In this document: positions 15,959-30,450 of the stretch, in pieces
How the letters are laid out: every line of letters begins with the position of its first letter
How positions within the stretch are numbered: position 1 is the first letter of the stretch
DNA from: the human T2T-CHM13v2.0 reference genome, Homo sapiens
DNA length: 64,000 bases
Reading direction: 5' to 3' (one strand)
Assembly: GCF_009914755.1 (NCBI RefSeq)
Contig: NC_060926.1
The notes under the pieces: model-generated
What the model was told of the DNA's origin: nothing
Databases searched by the model: none
What the model saw: the letters and a program-made list of their open reading frames with translations, nothing else
Made by a program: the position numbers and the translations under genes

Positions 15959-17918
15959 GCAATGAGAATACGTGGGCACAGGGAGGGGAACAGCACTTAT
16001 TGGGGCCTGTTAGGGGAGGTGGGGGAGGGGAGTGCATTAGGGGAAAAATCTAATTTGTCCTGGGCTTAATACCTATGTGATGGGTTGATAGGTGCAGCAA
16101 ACCACCATGACACATGTTTATGTATGTTACAAACCTGCACATCCTGCACATGTACCCTGTAACTTGAAAAAAAAACAATAAAATGTTTATTTAAAAATAT
16201 ACCTGAGACTGGGTAATTTATTTTTAAAAAGAGGTTTCATTGGCTCATAGTTCCACAGGCTGTACAGGGAGCATGATGCTTCTGGGGAGGCCTCAGAAAA
16301 GTTTCAGTCATGGCAGAAAGGGAAGCAGAAGCAGGCATGTCTTACATGTCCAAAGCTGGGGGAAGAGAGGCAGGCAGGGAAGTGCTATACACTTTTAAAC
16401 AATGAGATCTCATGAGAACTCTATCATGAGAACAGCACTAGGAGAATGGTGCTATTTAAAAACCCACCCCATGATCCAGTCACTTCCCACCAGACCCCAC
16501 TTCCAACATTGGGGATTACAATTGAACAGGAGATTTGGGCAGGGACACAGCTCCAAATCAAATAATTCTGCCTCTAGCCCCTCCAAATCTCATGTCCTTC
16601 TCATATTTCAAAATACAATCATGCCCACCCAACAGTCCCCCTAAATTTTAACTCATGTTAACATTAACTCAAAAGTCCTCAATCCAGTGTCTCACTTGAG
16701 ACAAGGCAAGTCCCTTTCACCTATGAGCCTGTAAAATGAAAAACAAATTTGTTACTCCCAAGATACAATGGGGTTATAGGCATTTGGTAAATAGCCTTAT
16801 TCCAAAACAGAGAAATTGGCCAAAAGAAAGGGGGTACAGGCACCATGAAACTCAGCAGGGCAGTCATTACCTTAAAGCTCCAAAATAATCTCTTTTGACT
16901 TCATGTCTCACCTCCAGAGCACATTGGTGCAAGGGGCTAGCTCCCAAGGCTTTGGGAAGCTCTGCCCCTCAGGCTTTGCAAGGTACAGCCTCTGTGGCTG
17001 CTTTCACAGACTCACAGTGCAAGCTGTTAGTGGATCTACTATTTGGGGGTCTGGAGGATGGTGGCCCTCTTCTCATAGCTCTACTAGGCAGTGCTCCAGT
17101 AAGGACTTTGTGTGGGGGCTCCAACTCCACATTTCCCCTCCACACTGCCCTAGTAGAGCTTCTTCTTGAGGGCTCTATCCCTGGAGCAGGTTTTTGCCCG
17201 GACATACAGGCTTTCCAAATATTTTTTGAAATCTAGCTGGAGTCTCCCAAGCCTCAATTCTTGTACTCTGTGAACCCTCAGACTTAACACCACCTGGAAA
17301 CCACCAAGGCTTATGGCTCGCACCCTTTGAAGCAGCAGCTCAAGCTATATCTGGGTCCCTTTAAGCCACACTGAAGCTGAATAGGCTAAGATGCAGGGAG
17401 CAATGTCTCCAGGCTACACAGGGCAGTGGGGCCCTGGTCCCGACCCATGAAACCAGTCTGTCCTCCCAGGCCTCCAGGCTTGTGATGGGAGAGGCTGCCA
17501 TGGAGGTCTCTGAAATGTCTTTGAGACTTTCCCATTGTCATGGATATTAATATTCTGCTCCTCTTTACTTATGCAAATTTCTGCAGCCAGCTTGAATGCT
17601 TTCCCTGAAAGTGGGCTTTTCTTTTCTACCACATGGCCAGGCTGCAAATTTTTCAAACCTTTACACTCTGCTTTCCTTTTAAATATAAGTTCTAGTTTCA
17701 GGTCATTTCTTTGCTCATGAATATGAGCACATGCTGTTAGAAGCAAGCAGGCCACATCGTGAAAGCTCTGCTGCTTAGAAATGTCTTTCTCCAGATACTC
17801 TAAATCATCACTCTCAAATTCAAAATTCCACAGATCCCAAGAGCAGGGGCACAATGCTACCATGTTCTTTACTAAAGCATAGTAAAAGTGACCTTTGCTC
17901 CAGTTCCTAATAAGTTTC

Positions 17919-18262
17919 TTTTTATATATGATGCACACACAGGCACACACGTGTGTGTGTGTGTGTATACATATATTTTTTAAACGAGGCACGGTATCAC
18001 TTTGTCACCTAGGCTGGAGTGCAGTGGCATGATCTTGGTTCACAGTAGTGTTGACATCTGGGTTCAAGTGATTCTTCTGCCTCAGCCCCCCAAGTAGCTG
18101 GGATTACAGGCATGCACTACCATGCCTGGCTAATTTTTTTTTGATAGAGATGGAGTTTCACCATGTTGCTCAGGCTGGTCTCAAACTCCTGAGCTCAAGT
18201 GATTCATCCACCTATGCTTCCCAAAGTGTTAGGATTACAGATGTGAGCCACTGTACCTCACG
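17919..18262 (-). mobile_element. AluJ (Jb-like) inserted in the MSTA internal region, tail decayed into a TA/CA/GT microsatellite
   Basis: Alu body ~17985-18262. TSD taataagtttc (17908-17918) / taataaatttc (18263-18273). Confidence 0.88.
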
Positions 18263-20244
18263 TAATAAATTTCATATCTCCATCTGAAATCTCATCAGCC
18301 TGGATATTATTGCCCATATGACTCAGAATTTTGGTCAAAACAATTTAACAAGTCTCTAGGAAGTTCCAAACTTTCCTGCACCTTCCTGTAGTCTTCTGAG
18401 CCCCTCAAACTGTTGCAATATCTGCTGATTACCCAATTCCAAAGTTGCTTCCACATTTCCAGGCATCCTTAGAGAAATTCCCCATTACCAGTACCAATTT
18501 TCTACAGTAGTCCATTCTTGCACTGCTGTAAGGAAATACTTGAGACTGAGTAATTTATCAGGAAAAGAGGTTTAATTAGCTAACAGTTCCACAGGCTGTA
18601 CAGGAAGTATGATGGCTTCTGGGGAGGCCTCGGGAAACTTTCAATCATAATGGAAAGTGAATGAAAAGCAGGCATGACTTACATGGTGGGAGCAGGAGAA
18701 AGAGAGGTTGTAGGGAGAGGCTACACGCTTTTAAACAACCAGATCCCATGAAAACTCTATGATGAGAACAGTATTCGGGAGGATAGTGCTAAACCATTAG
18801 AAATTGCCACCATGTTCCAGTCACCTCCCACCAGGATTCATCTCTAACATTGGAGATGACAATTGAACATGAGATTTGGGTAGGAACACAGATCAAACCA
18901 TATCATGGGGCTAGGCAAAGAAGGGAAACCGGAGGAAAGACAAGCCTTGTTGAGCTCAGCAGGATCATGAATGCAGAGATGCAATGAGAAGGTCCATCAA
19001 GTCCTCCTGACTTCCCTGGGTGTTCTGATGGTCTGATGTTGGCTGAATGAATACTTTTCCTGTTTGGAAGTGGAAAATAACAAATGGGTGTCAAAGGTGT
19101 CTCCCAGAAAGCCTGCTTGCTCTTGTTCACTTTTGTTCTGAGCCCCAGTTTCCAAGGAGAGATGATGAATCAAAGTAAGTCTAGACATTCCAAAGAATAA
19201 AAGGGCCAAGATTGACTGTGGTCCTTGTTCTGGGAAGTAGGCAGGCCAAGCACCCCTTGCTTGAGAGCTTTTTCTTACTATTCCTCCTGAGCAGGCTCAC
19301 GTCACAGGAACACCAATCAGCCTGCATTCTCAGTGTGCATGTGTTTGAGTTCTCATATTTATGTCTATTTGTAAAGAGAAGCAAGTAGGAGACATTGACT
19401 GATTGCTGTCCATAGGGACAATTTCAACATGGGTTTTCCAGTGCTAGCTGTGAGTAGTCTAACTTTTATGTCTTACAGGAAGTTTTGCTCTCCCTCTTTA
19501 GAGTATGCTGTCATTTTGTTCTCATGTAAAGCTCCTTTGAAAGTCACAATTTTTATGCTTGTAATTGAAAAACATCTACCAAGTTAGTTATTTAGAGTGT
19601 GGGCTTGGTAGGAATCCCAGCACTCACATTTCCTACTTTTGGCAAATTATTTGACTTAGTTGAGTTACCCAGCCTCCTTATACCTCAGTTTCTTCCTTTA
19701 TAATTAATCATAGAATCTATTTATAAGTTTGTTGTGAAGCTTCTATGAGGTAATCGATGTAAACTGCAAGAAAAAAGACTTGACATTACATATCTAATGC
19801 ATGGTAGATACTGTTAGTTATTATTTTCATTATTCTGTCCCCAGAAATATAGACTCTGGTTTCTTGGTGTTTCTGGGGACATGGTGATAAAAATAATGAC
19901 TAGTAACTTTTTTTGTGTGCATAACACCTGACACAATGAAAGCACTCATGAAAATTAATTCAACAGAGTGAATAACTACTTATACTTGAACATGAATGAT
20001 CTACCATAATGTAAATGGTTAAATTTAATAATGATTGTAATTTAGTTTAAATTTAGTAATAGCTTTCTGGTCATTATTTTGCCAATTACTCCTTAACTCT
20101 GTGTGTGTGTGTGTGTGTGTGTCTGTGTGTGTATGTGTTGGTGCTGTTATAAAAGCATGTGCATGTGAATTTTTTGGAGCTTAGAATAATTTTCAGCACT
20201 TACTACATGTGAAACTTTCTGGCAAACTATCTTGTTTTCCCAGA

Positions 20245-22440
20245 GTTTTATTCCTAAATGTCCAAACCTACAGAAAAGTTGAAAAAATAATGAGTAGCCA
20301 GTTACCCTTCACGTTTACGATTCTGCCACATTTGCAAATTTGTGCCCTCCTCATCTCTGTCTCTTTTTCTCCTCTCCTCTGTCTCTTTTTCTCCTCTCCT
20401 CATTTTCTCAGACATTTTAAAAAAATTTTTACGGAACCATTTGAAAGTAAGTTGTAGACACAGCGATAATTTAAATCGAAAGACTTTAGGTTTTATCTTC
20501 TAAGAACAAATATATTCTTCTATGTAACCAGACATAAGAAACCATTCATAAGAAAATAAGCATTAATTAAATTAATTATCCAATATATAGTCCATGCACC
20601 AAGAATCCAAAGTCCTACAATGTGTTTTATAGCAGTGTCTATTTTCATATTTTTATTCATAATTCAAGCAGTGTCTACAATTTGGAATTGATTGCCACGA
20701 CCCTTCAACCTCCTTTAATCTGGAAGGCCCAACTCCCTGACCCCTTCTTTTTGCTTTTGTTGTTGTTGTTGGTTGGTTGGTTTTCATGACATTGATCTTT
20801 TCTGGAGATTAAAAGACAGTTCTTAAATAAAATATCCCATACTTTGGATATTTCTGATTATTTAATCAGTGTAGAACATTTTGGCCAGAAAGTCTCATGA
20901 ACAATGCTTGCCTTTTTAGTGCAGCCCGTGAGCAGACACATGACATCAGTTTGTCCCGATACTGGGGATGCTTCTCGCTATCATTTGGCTAACACAGCTC
21001 TGCCAGATCGTTGCATTGTGAAGGCAGTTTACAACCAGTGAGTGAGTTATCTGTAGTATTACGTGAGCACACTATGTGAATGCCCTGTTCCTCAACATTT
21101 CCTCCCAATATGGTAGGGATCCTGACTCTTTTAAGTTATTACACTGGAATCTGTGACGTGTTGCTTTTCTAATTCTACAATTTCCTTTCATATTTATTGC
21201 TGCCATTCTGAAGTCTTACCTACAGAAGAGATTTTTTTCCCTTTCCCTGACTCCATCTCCCCTTGTGTCGTTATGGACTCTAATTCATGGTCCCTTTAAT
21301 TCTGCTCCAGTTTCTTTTTTACATATGTCTATTAATATTGGAGCATTTTCTTGTGTTCTTGCATGGAAAGATATTCTCAATGTCAACTAGAACTTTCCCT
21401 ACCCTAGAACCAGACTCAGCTCTTTTCCTAAAGAAGCCTACCTCTTTTTTGTAGCAAATGGTATTTGGAAACCAAGACCTAGATGTTTGTTTGCTCATTG
21501 TTTCTGGGCCCTTTCAGTGGGCAGAACTAAAATTGTGTGTGTGCATGTGTGTGTGTGCGTGTATGTGTGTGTGTGTGTTTATGAGTTCATAAGGTTATTT
21601 ACAAAACAAACCTAGTTCCATTAGATTCTTTTCTCATCATTCTGTCTTCTATATATATATGATATATATGAGATATATATAATACATATATATGATACAT
21701 ATATATGTAACTTCTCTCACAGTGAGACCTTGTTTCAGCAATGTCAGTATATTTACCCATTTGCTCCATTCTGCAGTATGCACACAATCATTTCAGAATT
21801 ACTTCAGCAATATCACATCAATAACAATGTAAAGTTAAAGATTTCCTTGAATTTTAATTTTTATCCTTAGAATTTATTCTGCCAAGGGTATATAGTGAGA
21901 CAGAATACTATTTGAAAGTTGCTTAAATTAACTTTTTTCTTTTTTATAGTTATTTTATCAATTTAATGTACAGCTAGGCTTTTTAGTTTCTGATTAACAT
22001 TCAACTTTTGGACTTGCCTTTTCTTTATCCTTTTGATTTTAACAGTGTAAAGCATTTTCATGTTACAAAAGTCAAATACAGACAAATATGCACACACTGG
22101 CTGATCAGAGACATTTTGCTCTCATTCCTATTGCCTTCATCTTGTTCTTATCCAACTTTTTTAGATAACTATTTATATCAGTTTGTCCTTTCTGTGTGTA
22201 TTCATTTTTCTCTTTTGTACCTTCACAAAATGTATCATACTCTTTTGTGCATCAATACCTTGATTTTGTCACTTTACAATATACAGTGGAAATCATTCTG
22301 GATCAGTTTACAGAGATCTTATGTATTATTTATTATGGCTGCATTGTACTTTACTGTGTCAGTTAACAATGCTTTATTCGATCAGACACCTATGGATGTG
22401 TATTTAATTTTTTTCCAATATTCCGCTATTTGCAATATAT
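20245..22440 (-). mobile_element. Ancient L1M (L1MC/L1ME-like) 3' region with embedded (TG)n and (TA)n
   Basis: Start caaacctacagaaaagttgaaaaaata and internal gaaccatttgaaagtaagttgtagaca and aaatggtatttggaaaccaagacctagatg are typical of L1MC/ME 3' ends. Boundaries approximate. Confidence 0.65.
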
Positions 22441-24306
22441 AACCTCGGCTGCACAGCGGAATTTCAAGTATGTATCTAAACATCCTTTCCCACCATGTGT
22501 CACTTTCATGCTGATTTCAAAAGCTGTCACTGAAGTGGATAAAAATTCTGGTAGTCCGTTAAGTGTTTAGTAGTAAGTGAATACCTACTTTAGGCCATAT
22601 GTTAGAGACACGGAGATTTCTGAGACAGGTTTTCATATGTAGTACTTGCAGTATAGCATGGGATACTGAGGAAACAGGTTGTTGTAATACCATGTAAATG
22701 CGACGAGCACGGGATGTTGGCAGGACTGGAAAAGACCACCCATTGGAGAGGCCACCAGCATCACACAATCTCATTCATCTTGTGATGAGCTCCAGAGTAG
22801 AGATGTCAGCTGAAAGAAAGATGAGTAATTCTGCTCTTGTCTCTGAGTTTTCTTTTTGTCAATCCCCTCCAGAATCAGAATATAAGCTCCATGAGAGCAG
22901 AGTAAGTAGATGCTCTCACCCTTAGAGAAGGCGTCTCTTCTTTTCTGACCCGGTACAAGCAGATATAAATGCTGCCTTTGGATATCTCTTCAAAAGACAA
23001 AGGCTAGCCCTTTGCAATCAGCTCACTAGCTCATGACGTCCTCTGAGTTCAATACTGGCTACTTTAGATCTTATAAACAGAGGGACAACAAGTACTATTA
23101 TACTATTACAGCACAACAAACACAAGAACTGTTTATTATGAACTTGTGTTCCAGTACATTATGTACTTATGTGGGTCCCCAGTCTTATCCTCAGTGTGCA
23201 CCAAAATAGTTTCTATGACCATGATACTCCTAATGACCTCATAAAGCTTTCTAATGGCAATCAAAACACTTATCAACAGCCTCACAGTCCTCTTTCCATC
23301 AGGTGACTTAGACTTAGGGCTTCTTTTCTCCTTTTCCTTTGCCCCAAATGCCAATACACTGAGTATGGGGGGAATGGTATCTTGTTCCCACCCGCTCCCC
23401 CCTTTGCTGCTGCAGATACTCTTCCCAACAGGAATGCAACACAAGGCAGTCTGCCTTCCTAGAACCAGCTGTGAACTCCCTGAGCTCAGGGTCCAGCCTG
23501 TTAGCGAAACTTGCACCCCTCATCCGACCCCTTTCCAGTCCCTAACATAGTGCTCTGCATACACTAGGTGTCTAAATTAAATAATAATAATAAACTAGTG
23601 AACAACAAATAAACAAATATGATACAGTGCACATAGAATCCGTTCCACACCACTACCCCCTAAGACCATAAAACAAATTTCCCAGGTCTCTTTGATCATA
23701 CCTATTTTAAAGCAAGAAAAAAGAGAAAAATTACCCCCCTGAAAAGATACATAAAAAGTAAAGGCTAAAGTGAAGTGTGAATATAAATCAGCCAAGTATG
23801 TTGTCTGGAAGTCGTAAAGTGTGGCCCACGCAGGCAGGTGGAAGGCAGTAATGGACGGAGCCCGCCACGCTGCGGTGTCTGCATGGCACTAATGCAGAGC
23901 GCATGGTAGCCCTACCAGCCACCCTGAACCGGTAATGCGCACACCTCCAAACAGCTGAAACCCAGACACTAAAAGCAGCCACGTCTGCCGTGGTTTTAGT
24001 GAGGCACGGATGGATTCTCGCACAGACAGCTGGGCTGGTACACATGGGAGGGAAAACAGCTCCTGGGGGATTTCTGAAGCCTTTTAAAGGAATTGGAAAT
24101 CACTTTACACCAATTGTCTCCCTTCCTTTTAAAGGTCGGGCGGGGGGAAGGTGCAATGTACCCCCTCAGTAAAGGTTCCCAGAAGTGTTTCTAATAATGA
24201 AATAATCTCTTCACATCCTCCCGGCTTCGCTTCAACAGAACGGTTCATAGCAGATCAGCTTTGACTTGGAGTCAGGTACCAGGTGAAGGGTTAGGAAGGA
24301 GGAGCA

Positions 24307-24615
<309 letters not shown>

Positions 24616-27600
24616 AGGACGGAGGAGCACCACTCAGAGCCAGCACCACGCTCAGTTCAACCCTATGCTTTCTATTCAGTGTTTATGACAACACTGCACA
24701 ATGAGTTATGCCGTTTACAGAGGAGGAGACTGAGGCTGGGGGAGGTGATAGGTCTCTTGCATGTCCAGGAATCCAGTGGGTGGCAGAGCTGGCATTGGAA
24801 GCCAGCCCTAATGATGACAAAGCTCAAGCTTCCCCTCATCACATCTGCCTCCATGAACCATGAAGCCCTTTCCAAGCCTATATTTACTAGCAGTCATTAC
24901 CTATGATTTAAATGGAGAGATAAGGGAGAAACATATGAAAAATTAAATAACTATCAATGCAAAATGACAAGAGATATCACAAGATTGCCAATGAGTAGAT
25001 GGAAAATGAGAGGTAGAGACAGTACTTTGAGGATTATTTAAACTGTCTTTACCCTTGGCATAGAAAATTCACTTTGTCAACATAGATAACTACAGCAGAA
25101 GTGACCCTGGGGACCTTAATATAGACTTGCTCTATTACAATAGGAGTATAAGTGAATTGGCACACTGTTCAAAGGATGAGAAGCAGCTCCCCACAGATAT
25201 TTCAGTTCAATTAAGCTGGGTATTGACAATCTGTAGGCTTCCCTTCCTTCCAAGCACATTGATATAAAAATTGCAGTTTTTTTCTGGCTCTGCAAAGAGA
25301 CAGATATGTGTGTAGAATGAGGTCTTATTAATCAGAGTTATTTCTTGTGTCTCCTTTTTTACTTTCCTTTTGTTTGCTATTTCTTCTGAGTTGTGATCCC
25401 CATGGTAACAGATGGAATTGCTTACAGCATCTGTAATTACTATTATTAATAATAATGATCATCATAATCAGACCAATCTGATATGATGAGAGAAAAAATA
25501 TGAAAGAAAATTAAATTGTGGCTCTGTATGTAAACTGTTTACGGCTTCCAAAATGAGAGCCAGAGGAACAAGGTAGGTCACACAGAGATGCACTAGTGAA
25601 GGCTGTCTGGGAGCTTTTCTGGGGTAATGACCAGGGAAGACTTTACCACACTGATGCGAATACAAAATGTTTCAGAATATTCCACCATTACTACTCTGCT
25701 GGCTCTTTGTACAGCCTCTTTTTCTTTTCTCTTTTTGTTATTGTTGAGTGTGCGTGTGTGTGTATGTGTGTGTTTTGATCTTTTAACTTGAGACTTCTTT
25801 TCAGTTTGGACTATTACATAATACAGGCTTAAAAGAGCAGCTTCAGAAATGCCGAAACTAAGAACCTGACAGTATACAAAGGACTAATTAGTTTCTTCAC
25901 TTGACGAAGCCATCCAGAAGTGCTAACTCAGGTGCTCAGTCCTAGCTTAGGTTCTGGTAGCCTGAGGATGAAAGACCACTCTTGACCTTGGAAGTTCTCA
26001 AGGAAAAGAGTGCACAGACTTCACTGCGCAGGGCTCTCTAATAACCTCTACCCACGAACTTTGCCCCAGACAGATCTCTGGAAAGCCCCTCTTCCTTTAC
26101 TTGTAGTCTACAGAGTATTTATAACAGCCTCAGACATTTGTCATTCTTGTGTACACAACTTTCTCCCCAGATGATGGTAGGCTTTTGGAGAAGTTAACAT
26201 ATTTTCCTCCAGTGTATGTACTCTGGTGGATAGCAGAGCACTAACTGGGCACATATTTAAACACAAGAATGAATTATGTATTTCATGTCCTAAAAGATCT
26301 CATAGCTTTATGAAGAAATGAACTTGAAAGCTCAAAATCACAATGCAACTTGGGAAATACTTTACTGGTTTATATATCAATACACAGTCTGCCTTTGGAA
26401 GCCATGGGGCACAGTATTTGATGGCCCATAACTCATAGTTCCTTTCTACATGAAGAAGGCATGATAGCTGCTCTGGATCTGAATCATGAGATCATTGACA
26501 CTCATGCCAACCCACTGTGCTGAATGCAACTTTAAAAAAGCCAATATTTCACTTAGATAACTATTACTTTCAGGGAACCAGAATGCTTAGTGAAGTGGCC
26601 CTATTTCCTTTCCCAGCTAATGATGAACAGGTTCCTGCCTGTTCAAAAATCTCCAAATGCAGTCCTCTCCTAAGTAAAAGAATTGATCTGGGTTAGTCAA
26701 TACATGTATGCCTTTGAGCAGTGAAAGAGAAGAGGCTATGTGTCTAATTGTGGGATTGGGTAGTGGTGTGCAGTAGAAGTAATGAAAGAGAAAAACAAAC
26801 TGGGTAGCAAAAAGTAGTATCAGAGGGCAATATTTTTCCAGGTTTCTGGCTCCATGAGTACTAAAGAGCAAATTATCTTGAAGGAATTTCAGGAAATGCA
26901 AAGGACACAAATAAAGACAGAGATACATAGGGCAATTCTATAGTGGAAAAAAAAAACTTAACAAGGTGGTAATAATTTAGTATATACAGGAGCAGCTATA
27001 TTACAAGAAATCACAGTCCATCACACTTGTTAACCTCATTTGCAGAGTATGTTCCCCATCGCAGTCCTCTAAGGAATGAAGTCCAAGCCCTCACTCTAAT
27101 GTTGTAGAAAACTTCTAATGCTTAGAGTCTTTACTCATTTGAGTGCCAGACAGTCTATGTGCACCAAATCATTATGATACTTCTATGGATGCAAAGATTG
27201 GTGTAAATATGACCATTTTCCAATGAGGAAACCTCAGAAATGTTATGAAACTTGCCAAAAGCTTTACTGCTGACATGGAGCAGAACATAGATTCCAATCC
27301 GAATAGGATTGTTTCTAAAGCCAACCTGTTTCATGGTCTTATTGGTGCCATTGCTGCTTTTCAAATATGACCAATAAGAAAACTGGGCATTGAAGAAGTA
27401 ATAATTTCATCAGGGTTGCTCCCACAGTTAGTGTTGTGCTGGCACACAAACCCAGATTTGCTGACTCCAGAGCCCATACTTTGTTCACTAACCTCCACTG
27501 TCCAACTAACTTGACCATCTTGAACATTTAAGTTTGTGGGTCCAATTTTCATTGAAGTCATGTGTGAGTCCACTTAAAAGAGAATCTCCACCTCCTCACC

Positions 27601-28749
27601 CATCTAAAGGATGGTCAAAATGAATTTTGCTTGTTAAAAAATCATTCAAAGATGACTGTCACATAAACCTCTCCAGCTCAAACCACCCTTCCCTAGCCTA
27701 GAGCAGGCATCAGGAGTATCTGTCACCACAGCTGACTTTCTTTCAGTGGCATTAACACCTGACCTTTCAATATTTAGTCAGGATGCAGGGCTAAATCTAC
27801 ACAACCACCAATGCAGCTGAGGAAGAAAAGATAGGAAGCGAGGAAAAATATTATGGCAATAATATTAGTGGCTTTAAGATGAAAGATTGACTCTCTAATA
27901 CAACTTTATTTTCTTTATTGCCAAAAACAATATGATATTGGTAAAGCAATTCAATGAGTAAATGAATAAGGAAATCAATAAATGAATGTATGAACAATCA
28001 GATGAATTAATATATGGATATGAAAATCTATGTTTACTTAGAAGGAAATATAAATCTATATGAATTAGTAAATATGGAGACCAATTTTGGAATCAGATTG
28101 GATGCACTGAGACTGGGGACAAGTCTAAGAGACAGATACAGATGATACAGGTGGAAAAAATGATATACATTTACTTCCTTGTTTCAGTCTTTATCCTGCC
28201 GTCTCCCAGGAGAACAGTAATCAGAGGACATAGGGCAGATTCAAAATAAAAGCCAACTCAGGGGCTCTAGGTTTCAAGCAATCATTTCTCCTGTCCCTCG
28301 TACAGTGTTTGAAGCTAAGGGTTGTGATGTCAGTTATATATATCATATGATCACACACACATACACACACACACACACTGTGTGTGGTGGATTATTGTGA
28401 GTACTGGAGATAATATATGCTAAATGTGCTGGAATAAACCAGTAGCACAACATTTAGTATTATAGATTAGACAGGGTTTTCCTTGTCTTCTTTGTATAAA
28501 CATCATGGACATTTCAAAACTGTCCATCTTTATTTCTCCCTCTACAATGTTTCATTATTGATGGATAAGATTTTTGGTTATTTTATCAGCATTTGTCTAT
28601 ACTGGTATGAATAACATTTTAAAAGTTCTGGGTTAATTGTTTTTATAATATTATTATCTTTACCAACATGAATTATGTCTTATTTTTGTTTTTAAAGTCA
28701 AAAGCAAATAACATCAACTTGTTTAGACTTTATGGAAAATATAATCTTA

Positions 28750-29026
28750 GGTTGGATGCAGTGGCTCATGTCTATAATCCCAGCACTTTGGCAGGTTGTT
28801 TGAGGCCAGGAGTTTAAGACCAGCCTGGGCAATATAATGAGAGCCCATCTCTAAAATACTTTTTAAAGATTATCTGAGTGTGATAGTACATACCTGTGGT
28901 TCTAGCTACTTGGGAGTCTGAGGCAGGAGGATCGCTTGAGCCCAGGTGGCCAAGGCTGCAGTGAGCCACGATCGTGCCACTGTCCTCCAGCCTGGGCAAC
29001 ATAGCAAGCCCCTGTATTAAACAATA
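28750..29026 (+). mobile_element. AluJ (Jo/Jr-like) with a short left-arm deletion
   Basis: ggaggatcgcttgagcccagg..ggctgcagtgagc. TSD-like aaaatataatctt / aaaatataacctt. Confidence 0.88.
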
Positions 29027-29141
29027 AAATATAACCTTGCCTCAGTGAAACACTGGGGACATGTGGGTTATCAATGGGCTGGTTTTAGGAAATAGTCTTA
29101 AGACAAGTCAGAATGTTTGAGCACAGTTTAATTTTTTGCTG

Positions 29142-29543
29142 TGTATTAGGCCATTTTTGCATTGCTAAATGGGAATACCTGAAACTGGGTAATTTAGAAA
29201 GAAAAGGAGTTTGATTAATTGGCTCATGGTTTTGCAGGATGTACAGGAAGCATGGTGATGGCATCTATCATCAGCTTCTGGGGAGGTCTCAGGGAGCTTA
29301 GAATCATGGTGGAAGGTGAAGAGGGAGCAGGCAGTTCAGACGGCAAGAGCAGGAGCAAGAGAGAGAGTGAATGGAAGGTGCCATGCACTTTAAACAACCA
29401 GATGTCACTGTCGCAAAGACAGCACCAAGCCATGAGGGATCCACTCCCAAGACCCAAACACCTCCCTCCAGGTCCCATCTCCAACACTGGGGATTACAAT
29501 TCAACTTGAGATTTGGGCAGGGACAAATATCCAAACCATATCA
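29142..29543 (-). mobile_element. Solo MST LTR (MSTA/MSTB-like)
   Basis: tgtattagg...ccaaaccatatca termini. Perfect TSD TGCTG at 29137-29141 and 29544-29548. Confidence 0.93.
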
Positions 29544-30275
29544 TGCTGGAAGAAGTATTTTCTTTTATAGAATTGGAAAATCCTTTAGAGGTAATTAAAA
29601 TCATACTCTCTTTTTCTCCTGCTTCTAATATGTTGAAACTAAGGTTTGGAAAGATGAAACGACATGTCCCAAGTTGTGTACAGAGCTAGTGAGGGAGAAA
29701 GGATTAACCAAGGGCACCCAAGTGGCCTATTCTTTTCTCTTTTCAGCTCAGTCATGCCAACTGCTGTGCTTCTGCTTTGTAGCTGTGCTAATTAATCGTG
29801 GTGACTTTCAGTGTATGTGCTCATCATTACTGTTTCATGGATGTGCCTCGGGTCATTTCTTTACTTTCTGCACCTTAGTTTCTCCATTTGTAAGGCTAAG
29901 AGGATGGGGAGGGAAGAAACCACATGATTTCTATGCTAGATTCCTTTTCAGCTCTCAGAATTTATGAAGAGTAATGATGTAATTATGCGGGCAAGATTCT
30001 CAGATGACAAAAGCTTTTTAAGTCTTCCTATTTCCTCTTTTGCTGTATTTGAGAGGATGTTCAGAATTAAATTGCATGTCCAATTGCAGTAAATGTTTTA
30101 GCCTAGGTTATTACTACAGAGTGTCTGATACATCCCAGATAGAGCCTTGCAACTTTGTATTTGTGGTTGCTTTTCCATATTACCAGTGCTACCAGGGTAT
30201 TGCTCTCTTGTTTTTGTTGCAATTGTTGTTGTTTTCTTAACTGACTATAAAACTAAGCTTCAGAAAAGAGAAGGG

Positions 30276-30450
30276 GGCTGGGCACGCTGGCTCATGCCTG
30301 TGGTACCAGCTACTTGGGAGGCTGAGGTGGGAGAATTGCTTGAGCCCAGGAATTTGAAGCTACAATGAGTTATGATCACCCTACTGCACTCTAGCCAGGG
30401 CAACAGAGAGAGACCCTGTCTCTTTAAAAATAAAAATTTTTTTAATAAAA
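30276..30450 (+). mobile_element. Alu monomer (FRAM/FAM-like)
   Basis: Single right-arm-type monomer ending gagaccctgtctct plus an A-rich tail. Confidence 0.8.

Noticed and set aside
17414-17992. Longest ORF in the window (192 aa)
   Set aside because: It is made of MST-internal sequence plus the Alu-tail microsatellite, with no evidence of a host gene.
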